Below, one piece after another: positions 9,575 through 18,205 of a stretch of 64,000 nucleotides of DNA. Below the pieces are notes generated by a model that saw only the letters and a list, made by a program, of their open reading frames with translations, was not told where the DNA came from and ran no database searches. Where the stretch lies: positions 878-64,877 of the IMG/VR virus record IMGVR_UViG_3300005602_000003; one strand, given 5' to 3'. The DNA comes from a virus. Taxonomy: Duplodnaviria > Caudoviricetes. Both the position numbers and the translations under genes were made by a program. Position 1 is the first letter of the stretch. The number at the start of each line of letters is the position of its first letter.

Positions 9575-9820
9575 ATGAGCAAGTTTAGAAAAAAGCCGGT
9601 CGTAATCGAGGCGTTCCAGTGGACAGGACAACGGCCGGCCAATTGGCCGGAATGGGCAACAAAGGTCAGGCTGCTTGATGGGCGCGATCTCATTGTTGAC
9701 ACGCTCGAAGGTCGCATGCGTGCCGATCTCGGGGATTGGATCATCAAGGGCGTGAAGGGCGAGCAATATCCCTGCAAGCCCGACATTTTCCTTGCAACCT
9801 ACGAACCGGTCGCAGACTAG
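9575..9820 (+). CDS. Conserved small phage protein, KKPVVIEA family (copy 1)
   Basis: KFRKKPVVIEA...TLEG.M...GDWIIKGVKGEQYPCKPDIF..TY. Confidence 0.85.
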   Translation: MSKFRKKPVVIEAFQWTGQRPANWPEWATKVRLLDGRDLIVDTLEGRMRADLGDWIIKGVKGEQYPCKPDIFLATYEPVAD

Positions 9821-10182
9821 GAGAGAGTGAGATGCGGAAGAACAAGCAAACGAGCTATTGGGTTGTCCTTCCGACCGGAGAACCTTTGCCTGCGACTGAG
9901 AGCGATAACAGTCAAAGCGCCATGGCGAAGGCCATGATGATGGATGTGCCTCACGGATGCCGCGTTGAGGAAAAGTCGCAGACTTCTGCAGAGTGAACCG
10001 ATGATCACAGCCGACGAAATTCCGACCGATCGAGTTAAATTCAAGCTCTGGGCCGACGCCGCCTGCGTCTTGTGGCCCGCCGATCTCCAGGCGCAAGCGT
10101 ATCGCGCATGGGAGAACCCCGACCTCCACCGCGCCGAATTCGTCGAGGCTTATCGTCACTGGCTGGCGATTGTCATGATGAA

Positions 10183-10905
10183 ATGAACGCCCTCGACCTC
10201 CCACCCGCGCTCGACCGCGCATCACCCGCCTGGGGTCCGATGAACAAGCTTCCGCCATTTACCTACACGGGCCTCAACCTGTATGATGACATCTGCCCGC
10301 ATCAGTTCTACCGGAAATTCATCAAGAAGGACATCAAGTATGTCGAGACTCCGCAGATGGCTGCGGGCAACGTCGCCCACCGAGCGCTTGAGTTACGCGT
10401 TGGTCGCGGCGTGCCTCTTCCTGGTGCTCTGGGTCACCTTGAGCCACTAGTCGCTCCGTTCGACGGCAAGGGCGCCAAGGTCGAGGTGAAGCTGGGACTC
10501 ACCGCTACGGGCGGCACGACTGGGCACTTCTCCGACGACACGGCGGGGCGCTGCCGCATTGACGTTTACATGATCTCGGGCACGTCCGCCTATCTGGTTG
10601 ACTGGAAGACGGGCTCGGTGCGGGAGGACCCGTTCGAGCTCGAAGTCCAAGGCTTGTTCCTCAAGGCGCGCTACCACCAGATTCAGACGATCAAGGCGAA
10701 GTACGCGTGGCTCAAGGAAAAGCGATTTGGGCAGGTGCATGACGTATCGGACACCAAGCGGACCTGGGCGCGCGTCACGGGCATCGTGGAGCGGATGAAA
10801 AAGGAACCCTCGCCCGCCGAAGGCGGGTGGGAGAAGCGCCCAGGCGGACTATGTAAGGCGTGGTGCGACGTTTTTGATTGTGAGCACAATGGTCGGCGCA
10901 AATGA
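10183..10905 (+). CDS. PD-(D/E)XK exonuclease (RecB/Cas4-like)
   Basis: CPHQF, GNVAH, RIDV...LVDWKTG, C-terminal Cys cluster. Confidence 0.85.
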   Translation: MNALDLPPALDRASPAWGPMNKLPPFTYTGLNLYDDICPHQFYRKFIKKDIKYVETPQMAAGNVAHRALELRVGRGVPLPGALGHLEPLVAPFDGKGAKVEVKLGLTATGGTTGHFSDDTAGRCRIDVYMISGTSAYLVDWKTGSVREDPFELEVQGLFLKARYHQIQTIKAKYAWLKEKRFGQVHDVSDTKRTWARVTGIVERMKKEPSPAEGGWEKRPGGLCKAWCDVFDCEHNGRRK

Positions 10906-11192
10906 AAACCGAGGAATCCGCGCTCAAAGCCAAATACCGAGCGCACCTCAAGGAACTGGGAGCCTATCGCTTCAGTCCTGTTCAGATGGGCTACGGCATG
11001 CCGACGCTCGATGATCTCGCCTGTCTCCACGGTCGTTTCATTGGCCTAGAGGCCAAAGCGTCAGGGAAAAAGCCGACGCCGCGTCAGATCCAGATCATCA
11101 AGGACATACAGACGGCTGGCGGCGTTGCCTTTTGGTTTGACAGCTACGACGGCTATTTGCTGAACATGCGCGTTCAGGGATTCATTCCGTGA
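10902..11192 (+). CDS. VRR-NUC domain nuclease
   Basis: GRFIGLEAKASGKKPTPRQ...AGGVAF. Confidence 0.9.
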   Translation: MKTEESALKAKYRAHLKELGAYRFSPVQMGYGMPTLDDLACLHGRFIGLEAKASGKKPTPRQIQIIKDIQTAGGVAFWFDSYDGYLLNMRVQGFIP

Positions 11193-11683
11193 AACTGACT
11201 CTGGCCACACTAAAGCGCTACTTGCGTTACGATAAGCGTACCGGCGAGTGGCGATGGCTATGTTCTCCGAATGGAAGGATTGCTGCCGGTTCTCAGGCAG
11301 GGACGGCTAAAAAAGATTTTTACAGACAGATAACTCTTTTTGGAAGAACCTATCAATCTAGCCAACTTGCATGGTTTTATGTTAAAGGTTCTTGGGCCAA
11401 AAGTCACATCGATCATAAAGACGGAAAAATAAGAAACGATCGTTTCTCAAATTTGAGAAAGGCGACGAGAGACCAGAATATTTCTAATTCCAAAATGCGT
11501 AAGGACAACACTTCCGGCTACAAGGGGGTGTACAAAACACATACCCTCGGCAAATGGCAAGCGTGTATTGGACACAAAAACGAGCGAATTTATCTAGGGC
11601 TGTTCACCTCCCCGCAAGCGGCACATCAGGCATATTGTCAGGCTGCAAAAAAATTAAAAAGAGAGTTTGCGCGTTTCCAATGA
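11189..11683 (+). CDS. HNH homing endonuclease with AP2-like domain
   Basis: IDHKDG...ND..SNLR...N, NTSGYKGV, YLGLF; AT-rich relative to its neighbours. Confidence 0.9.
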   Translation: MKLTLATLKRYLRYDKRTGEWRWLCSPNGRIAAGSQAGTAKKDFYRQITLFGRTYQSSQLAWFYVKGSWAKSHIDHKDGKIRNDRFSNLRKATRDQNISNSKMRKDNTSGYKGVYKTHTLGKWQACIGHKNERIYLGLFTSPQAAHQAYCQAAKKLKREFARFQ

Positions 11684-13287
11684 CCCAATTTTTTCACGAC
11701 ACTCAGCGCAACATCCTGGTCTACCCGCAGGTTTCCGATTACTGGCGCGAGCAGCTTATCCGCGCGATGCCGGAGGCCCGGGCTCTACCCGCCGCAGGCG
11801 GGGTGGCCGTCCCGCGGACCCTGCGATCGAGCCAGGTGCTGCGTCACTTCGGCTATCCGGTGCCGCCGATCATGTCCGAATACGACTGGCCGGCCGAACC
11901 CGGCATTCACCCCTACGAGACCCAGAAGCTCGCCGCCAACTTCATGGTGCTGCACCCGAAGTGTTTCAATTTGTCGGATATGGGGACCGGAAAAACGCTG
12001 TCGACGCTGTGGGCCTGCGACTGGCTCATGCTGCAAGCCGCCAAGGTCGACAAGCCGTTCCGGGTGCTCATCGTCTGTCCGCTGTCCATCATGCAAAGGG
12101 TTTGGGCCGATGCCATCTTCAAGCATTTCCTGTCTCGCCGAACGCTTGCGATCCTCCACGGCTCTCCTGAGAAGCGAGCCAAGGAGCTTGCAAGAAATGC
12201 AGATTTCTACATCGTCAATTTCGATGGGGTTGGAACAGGCGCTCATACGCGTAAGAAGCTGGAGCTTGATGGATTCTCTGCCGCGCTCGCGGCACGTAGC
12301 GATATCCGGCTCGTCGTCATAGACGAAGCGTCCGCTTACAAAGACGCGCAAACCAAACGGCACCGAATAGCCCGCCAGGTCTTCGGCAATCGCTGGCGCT
12401 GGCTCTTGACCGGAACCCCGACCCCCAACGCCCCGACCGACGCCTACGGCCTCGCCAAGCTGGTGAACAACGCCGAAGGCAAGTCGTTCAAGACGTTCCA
12501 GCTAGAGACGATGCTGCAGGTTTCCAACTTCAAGTGGAAGCCCAAGACCAACGGCTACGAGCTGGCTCGCAAGCTGCTGACCCCATCCATCCGCTTCGAC
12601 ATCTCGCAAGTGTGGGATGGCCCGCCGATGACGGTGCAGCAGCGCGAGGTGGAGCTGACCGTCGAGCAGAAGAAGCTCATGGCGGAGCTCAAGCGCAGCC
12701 TGCAGGTGACCGTGAAGTCGGGACAGCCGATCACGGCCGTGAACGAGGCTGCCGTGCGTACCAAGTTCCTGCAGGTGAGTCTCGGGGCCGTTTACGACCA
12801 AGGCCACAAGGCGCACCCGGTCGACGCTACGCACCGCATCGAGGAACTCAAGGCGGTGATCCGTGAGGCGCCGGGGAAAATGTTGATCTTCGTGGGGTTG
12901 ACATCTGTGGTGAACCTCTTGTATAAGCACCTGACGGATTGGTCCAGGGAGGTGGTCAATGGCGAAACTAGCCAAAAAGAACGAAACCGTATTTTTGGAG
13001 CTTTCCAATCAGCAGATAACCCTCGACTGCTCATCGCAGATCCTGGCACAATGGCTCATGGGCTCAATCTCTACGCTGCTCGAACAGTCGTTTGGTACGG
13101 CCCATGTGACCGTACTGAGCTCTACCTACAAGCGAACAAAAGAGCCCATCGACCCGGACAAAAGCATCCCGTTACGGTCGTCCAAATCGTAAGCAACTCG
13201 CTGGAACGCGAGATCTTCCGCCGTCTGGAAAAGAACGAGTCGATGCAGGGCATGCTGCTCGACATGGTGAAGCGAGGGGAGCTATGA
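11680..13287 (+). CDS. SNF2-like DNA helicase
   Basis: DMGTGKT, VIDEAS, LTGTP, HGLNL, QANKRAHRPGQ. Confidence 0.93.
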   Translation: MTQFFHDTQRNILVYPQVSDYWREQLIRAMPEARALPAAGGVAVPRTLRSSQVLRHFGYPVPPIMSEYDWPAEPGIHPYETQKLAANFMVLHPKCFNLSDMGTGKTLSTLWACDWLMLQAAKVDKPFRVLIVCPLSIMQRVWADAIFKHFLSRRTLAILHGSPEKRAKELARNADFYIVNFDGVGTGAHTRKKLELDGFSAALAARSDIRLVVIDEASAYKDAQTKRHRIARQVFGNRWRWLLTGTPTPNAPTDAYGLAKLVNNAEGKSFKTFQLETMLQVSNFKWKPKTNGYELARKLLTPSIRFDISQVWDGPPMTVQQREVELTVEQKKLMAELKRSLQVTVKSGQPITAVNEAAVRTKFLQVSLGAVYDQGHKAHPVDATHRIEELKAVIREAPGKMLIFVGLTSVVNLLYKHLTDWSREVVNGETSQKERNRIFGAFQSADNPRLLIADPGTMAHGLNLYAARTVVWYGPCDRTELYLQANKRAHRPGQKHPVTVVQIVSNSLEREIFRRLEKNESMQGMLLDMVKRGEL

Positions 13288-13468
13288 AGATAGAACTAGC
13301 TTACGAGCTGATGCGAAATCCGTCGAAGGTACCGCTGATAAACTGGCTTCAATGCCATGCGACGATGTTGCGAGCGCCGCAGCCGCTCGACAAAAGTCAG
13401 ATGATCGCAGAAGCAATTGCCGATCTGTGCGAAAGCGTAGAAGCGCTTCTACCGAAGGGACGCTAACA

Positions 13469-13945
13469 ATGACTTCTGACGAAACCGAAGAAGGCTCGCC
13501 TGCCGCAGGCAGGGACTGGACCAAATCCGGCCTCCGCCCCATGCCCGACACGCCGGGCGAGATCATCAAGGCCAGGATCGGCCTCGACACGTACCTGAAA
13601 GCCGAGATGGCGCGGCTCGACACCTACTACAAGCCGATGCGCGAGTGGCTCCAGGCCGCAGACAACAAGCTGCTGGAGCTGCTCAACGAGCAGGGCTGCG
13701 ACTCGTTCAAGACCGAGCACGGCACCGCCTACAGGTCGGTCATCACCAGCGTCAAGGTGGAAGACCGCGAGAAATTCCTCGACTTCGTGCTCGACGAGAC
13801 GAACTGGGACAAATACGGCAACGAGATGCTCATGGCCAGTCCTCAGAAAGATGCCGTCAAGCGCTTCGCCGAGGAGCACAACGGCGTGCTGCCGCCGGGC
13901 CTGTCCACTTCCGCTTTCACCCGAGTCAACATCAGGAGATCGTGA
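13469..13945 (+). CDS. Conserved replication-module protein (coiled coil)
   Basis: SFKTEHGTAY, PPG and C-terminal VNIRRS, typical of the gene preceding the SSB in this module type. Confidence 0.7.
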   Translation: MTSDETEEGSPAAGRDWTKSGLRPMPDTPGEIIKARIGLDTYLKAEMARLDTYYKPMREWLQAADNKLLELLNEQGCDSFKTEHGTAYRSVITSVKVEDREKFLDFVLDETNWDKYGNEMLMASPQKDAVKRFAEEHNGVLPPGLSTSAFTRVNIRRS

Positions 13946-14164
13946 TGCTCGAGCTGCGCTACGAGAAAGGCACTGACGCGCGCAACCATATTGTCCGCTG
14001 TTCGTGCGGCTGGTCGTTCTCGTCAACTTATTTCGACACGCGCAAGCGCGGCGATCTACACATGCGCGCGTTCTACGACGAAGACCGGAAATGGAATGAC
14101 CCGCCCCGGCAAACTCTGATGCCGCCGACTCTCCACGAAAATCACAACTGAAAGGACTAATCTG

Positions 14165-15238
14165 ATGCCTCCGGAACTTCCCGCATACCTACAAAACGAC
14201 GGCGAGCAGTTCGCGGTCGACACCCTCACGCAGAACCTCGGCGTCGGGATGCCGCCCTACGTGTCGATCGCCGAGAACCGGTTCAAGCTGGTCGACGGCG
14301 CGGGTGACGAGGAGCCGATCACGACGGTCGACCCCAAGACCGGCATCCCGTATTTCGACGCGTGCATCATCGACTGGAACGAGCATCCGTCCAAGGTCTT
14401 CTTCTCGCGGCCATATGACCCCAACGATCCGTCGCCGCCCGACTGTTGGTCCGACAACGGCGTGGCTCCGTCGATCAATGCAGCGAGCCCGCAGCACGCG
14501 ACGTGTGATGGCTGCCCCAAGGCGGTCTGGGGCTCCGCCACCTCCAAGGTCTCGGGCAAGGGCGTGCCGGCGTGCAACAAGACCCAGAAGCTCGCGCTCG
14601 CGTTGCCCGACGACGACGTGGTGTTCCTGCTGCGCGTGCCGCCGAACAGCCTGGAGAACCTGCGGGCCTACACCAAGAAGTTCCAGGGCCAGAAGGTGAG
14701 CGTCGCCAGCGTCATGACCCGCATCTCGTTCGAGAAGGGCGTGATCGGCACCCTGACGTTCGCGGCCACGGCGTACATCGACCAGAAGATGGCGACGTTT
14801 CGGAACAAGATCCGGGCCGAGAAGGGCACGGATGCCATGGTGGGGCGGACGGATCGACCGCGCCTGACGGCGGGTGAACCCGTGAAGCAGGTGGCGGGCG
14901 GCCCTTTGTCGCCGGGGGGGTCTGCCCAGAATGCGGCCTCCCAGTCGACCACCACGGCACCAGCACAGACCCAAATCGCAGGCCCTGTGCAGGCTGCATC
15001 CCCTTCTAGCCCGCCACAGGCGGGTGAACCCGCCCCCACAGGCAGGCGCCGTAGCCGCCCGAAGGCCGAACCCGCCGCAGGCGGGCTACCCGACCCGAAC
15101 GCCCAGGCTCCGTTCCGGCCGACCCCGCCTCCCGGCGGGCAAGCTGCCCCTTCACCCGCCGCAGGCGGGTTCGGCATCCAGAACGGAGCCGCCCCGGACG
15201 CCGCGATCACGGCCGAGCTGGACGCGCTGTTCTCATGA
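14165..15238 (+). CDS. Putative ssDNA-binding/annealing protein
   Basis: PDCWSDNG...CDGCP...GS...C core, long Pro/Ala linker and acidic-aromatic C-terminus ELDALFS. Confidence 0.6.
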   Translation: MPPELPAYLQNDGEQFAVDTLTQNLGVGMPPYVSIAENRFKLVDGAGDEEPITTVDPKTGIPYFDACIIDWNEHPSKVFFSRPYDPNDPSPPDCWSDNGVAPSINAASPQHATCDGCPKAVWGSATSKVSGKGVPACNKTQKLALALPDDDVVFLLRVPPNSLENLRAYTKKFQGQKVSVASVMTRISFEKGVIGTLTFAATAYIDQKMATFRNKIRAEKGTDAMVGRTDRPRLTAGEPVKQVAGGPLSPGGSAQNAASQSTTTAPAQTQIAGPVQAASPSSPPQAGEPAPTGRRRSRPKAEPAAGGLPDPNAQAPFRPTPPPGGQAAPSPAAGGFGIQNGAAPDAAITAELDALFS

Positions 15239-15274
15239 CCCCGCTGGCGCGGGGTAAACCCAAAGGAGACTAAA

Positions 15275-15631
15275 ATGCGCATGATTACCGACCACATCGC
15301 CAATCCCGTCAACGATCAGATCAAGATCGCCGTTACCGACGAACCGGGCGCGGGGGGAGCGAATCATGCCTACGAAGTGAGTTGGCCTGGCGGCCCGATC
15401 ACTCATATCGAATTTCAGAACGGCCCTATTAACGAGGTTGGCGTCAACGGGCTCACGCAGGAGGCTCTACTCGCCATCGTCATCGATCGGCTGCGCTCGT
15501 TCCAGGCAGGTCCATTCGCCTGCAAGGAAAACGCGGAGGCTTTGGAACACTCGCTGCAAGCGCTTGAATGGCTCAAATCGCGCACGAAGGCCAGGATAGC
15601 GCGTGGGGTCGAAGGGACGATGCAAAAGTGA
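15275..15631 (+). CDS. tad1: Tad1-family anti-Thoeris/anti-CBASS signal sponge
   Basis: GAGGANHAY...IEFQNGP...LLAIVIDRLRSFQAGPFACKENAEAL...ALEWL..RTKARIARGVEG matches the Tad1 pattern. Confidence 0.85.
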   Translation: MRMITDHIANPVNDQIKIAVTDEPGAGGANHAYEVSWPGGPITHIEFQNGPINEVGVNGLTQEALLAIVIDRLRSFQAGPFACKENAEALEHSLQALEWLKSRTKARIARGVEGTMQK

Positions 15632-15915
15632 CGATCCAAGCCCGTCTCGAAAAGTGCATGCGGAAGGGGAACCTGCGGGTGAGCGATCTCGCCTGCTGGT
15701 TCGGCCGCCCGCATCCGACCGTGCGGGGCTGGGTGAAGCGCGGCATCCAGCCTGGCGGGGGGCCTATGGACCAGGAGCAGGTCGAGTCGCTCCTGGGCAC
15801 GTTGGAGGGTATGATTGGGAAGAACAAGCGGTTCCCGATCCCGTTGATGGGGCCACGAGAACGCAAGGCGTATGTGGCCAGAATCCGAGCAACGGTGAAC
15901 GGATCGGGACGCTGA
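15628..15915 (+). CDS. HTH protein
   Basis: LRVSDLACWFGRPHPTVRGWV. Confidence 0.6.
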   Translation: MTIQARLEKCMRKGNLRVSDLACWFGRPHPTVRGWVKRGIQPGGGPMDQEQVESLLGTLEGMIGKNKRFPIPLMGPRERKAYVARIRATVNGSGR

Positions 15916-15928
15916 GGGACGCAGGAGG

Positions 15929-16159
15929 ATGCAAATGGTCGAACAGGACAAACCGAAACTTGAGCCGTGCCCGTTCTGCGGGAGCGACATGGGCCGCTTT
16001 GCGGGGATGACCCCGGATGCGTTTGCCAAGGGTGAGAGCAGCGATGGCACCGCCCTCAAAACGTTTGCCGTGTGTTGCGAGTGCGGCGCCATCGGGCCTG
16101 ATGGGGAGACGATGGAGCAGGCGGTAGGGGAGTGGAACAGTCGCGCTGAGGGCGGCTAG
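15929..16159 (+). CDS. lar: Lar-family restriction alleviation protein
   Basis: LEPCPFCGS...CCECGAIGP...AVGEWNSRA. Confidence 0.85.
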   Translation: MQMVEQDKPKLEPCPFCGSDMGRFAGMTPDAFAKGESSDGTALKTFAVCCECGAIGPDGETMEQAVGEWNSRAEGG

Positions 16160-16332
16160 CGGAGGAGGATGGGCATGAGCAAGCGGTGTGAGTGCGGATG
16201 CCAAATGCGAACCGTCATGCTCTGCCCCTGGCATTGGGCAATGTGCATCCTTGCAATTTTTGGACTTGGTTTTGTGGCGAACAATCTTCTGCACTGACCG
16301 CGCCTCGTGACGAGCGGCAACAGGAGGGATGG

Positions 16333-16614
16333 ATGGCGAAGTTCAGAAAGAAGCCGGTCGTGATCGAGGCCGTCAAGTTTCTCGGCCCAGTGCGCGAGAT
16401 AGAGGGTGATGAGCCGCAATGGTATTGCGCGGCCCGCTCGATCGACCCGGGTGAGATCGGCGCCATCTCGTATCGGGATGGCTGCATGCACATCGGCACG
16501 CTAGAGGGCGTCATGAAGGCAATGCCGGGAGACTGGATCATTCGCGGCGTGAAACATGAACTGTACCCGTGCAAGCCGGACATCTTCGCCGCGACCTACG
16601 ATCCGGCTGACTGA
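16333..16614 (+). CDS. Conserved small phage protein, KKPVVIEA family (copy 2)
   Basis: KFRKKPVVIEA...TLEGVMKAMPGDWIIRGVKHELYPCKPDIFAATY; AGGAGG RBS. Confidence 0.85.
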   Translation: MAKFRKKPVVIEAVKFLGPVREIEGDEPQWYCAARSIDPGEIGAISYRDGCMHIGTLEGVMKAMPGDWIIRGVKHELYPCKPDIFAATYDPAD

Positions 16615-16874
16615 CACAGCGGCCGAGCCGCGAGGGAGAGATGGGATGGCTAAGGCAAAAAAGCACACTAGGACTGACATCGATTTGATGGAGGTCGAAT
16701 GCGCCCTGTTGCTCGCCCACCAAGGAAAGGATGTGATCTGGAGTTCGGCCCAGGAATCGCTCCAGCGATTATTTGATAGGTTCAAAGAGAACCTGCCGCC
16801 TACCTACAAAGTGAATATCTGACGCTCGCGTGTCGAGAGTGACACTTAGAATTATTCAAATATAGGAGAACGTT

Positions 16875-17429
16875 ATGTTCGGTCGCAAACGCAAAAAGGT
16901 CGAGGCGCTTGAACTTTCAGCGATTGGCGCTGGGGTGGTAAAGCGCCATGGATGGGAGCCGGACCGCGCCAAGCGAGCCGAAAATGAATATCGAAAATAC
17001 CTCTATCTGCTGATGCTATATCCAGGCTCCATTCTAACGCCGTGGGATGACGACTTAGACCTTTTTTGGCACGAGCACATCCTGCATACCCAACAATATG
17101 CGGCTGACTGCCAGACCCTATTTGGCCGCTTCATCAACCATGACCCCACGATCAGCGCCAGTCCGGCCAACGAAACGAAGGCGCAGAATTTCACAGCGCA
17201 GGCCTATTTTGAAACGTTCGGCCGCAAGGCGCAGGCTGGCGATTCCTGGCTTCTGCCGACATCATCATCCGTGGCTGCCGTAGGAGTTATGAGTCCGGCG
17301 GCGGCTAAGAAGCAATCCAGTTGCGCCGCAACATCTACCGTCGTCTCATCGTGTGGCTCTAGCCACTCTTCCTGCTCCGGAGGCCACAGCTCCTGCGGCG
17401 GTCACGGGTGCGGTGGCGGGGGGCACTAA
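16875..17429 (+). CDS. Glycine-rich-domain (GRDP-like) protein with Cys/Gly/Ser tail
   Basis: EYRKYLYL...DLFWHEHILHTQQY..DC...FGRFINHDP; tail SSCGSSHSSCSGGHSSCGGHGCGGGGH; AGGAG RBS. Confidence 0.8.
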   Translation: MFGRKRKKVEALELSAIGAGVVKRHGWEPDRAKRAENEYRKYLYLLMLYPGSILTPWDDDLDLFWHEHILHTQQYAADCQTLFGRFINHDPTISASPANETKAQNFTAQAYFETFGRKAQAGDSWLLPTSSSVAAVGVMSPAAAKKQSSCAATSTVVSSCGSSHSSCSGGHSSCGGHGCGGGGH

Positions 17430-17457
17430 ATGTCGCTGACCCGTCCAGTATGAAGGA

Positions 17458-17748
17458 ATGAACATGGGCCACAGTTATTTCGCTTCAAAACAAGAGCGCC
17501 TATCCTATGAACGGCAGGCGCAAGAACGGCGCGACCAGGAAACCGCTCGCATAGAGGACGAGCGGCGCAAGCTCGCTGCTAAAATCGTCATGTCGGTAGT
17601 TGATAAAATCGTCAACGAGATTGTGCGCCCCGGTCCAAAGCCCGAAGAACGTGAATGCTACGAGATGGCGGGCGAACTTCGTGCCAGCATTCCCGATCTT
17701 GAGGCCTTGGCAAAGCAAATAATCGACGTAAACGACGGCGTTGAATAG
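17458..17748 (+). CDS. Hypothetical protein
   Basis: ORF with AAGGA RBS in a co-oriented cluster. Confidence 0.55.
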   Translation: MNMGHSYFASKQERLSYERQAQERRDQETARIEDERRKLAAKIVMSVVDKIVNEIVRPGPKPEERECYEMAGELRASIPDLEALAKQIIDVNDGVE

Positions 17749-17783
17749 CGCCCGTCCACTGCTACGCGAGAAGGACTGAACAG

Positions 17784-18194
17784 ATGTTCGAAGTGGTCAT
17801 CAAAACGAACGAGACTTGGCTGATCTGCGGCGGCCGTGATTTTGCCGATCAGGCTATGTTCGACGACGTGATGGGTCGGCTCATGGGCATGTGGGGATGC
17901 CCTTCTAAGGTCGTCCACGGAAAGTGCCCAACCGGCGCCGACCAGATGGCCGACGTATGGGGCAATCGCATGGCGATTGATGTGGTGCCGTGTCCCGCCG
18001 ATTGGCAGCGGCACGGAAAATCCGCAGGACCGATACGTAACTTCGACATGCTCAAGGATCACAAGCCAAGGCGCGTCATTGCGTTCCCCGGCGGGGCCGG
18101 AACCGAGGACATGATCCGCCAATCCAAGATTCATCGCGACATTGATCGCGAGCTGGTTGATGTGGTCGAAATCCAGCCCGTAGCAGTTCAGTAG
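17784..18194 (+). CDS. SLOG/YspA-like (DUF2493) protein
   Basis: LICGGRDF...VVHG..PTGAD...ADW..HGKSAGPIRN..ML...VIAFPGGAGT. Confidence 0.88.
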   Translation: MFEVVIKTNETWLICGGRDFADQAMFDDVMGRLMGMWGCPSKVVHGKCPTGADQMADVWGNRMAIDVVPCPADWQRHGKSAGPIRNFDMLKDHKPRRVIAFPGGAGTEDMIRQSKIHRDIDRELVDVVEIQPVAVQ

Positions 18195-18205
18195 CGAGCG
18201 ACGCG

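Noticed and set aside
10183-10905. Cas4 indicating a CRISPR system
   Set aside because: It is a standalone PD-(D/E)XK nuclease in a standard phage replication module.
14859-15254. Clustered repeats as a CRISPR array
   Set aside because: Repeats are only about 15 bp, irregularly spaced, of mixed orientation and inside an ORF; no cas operon is present.
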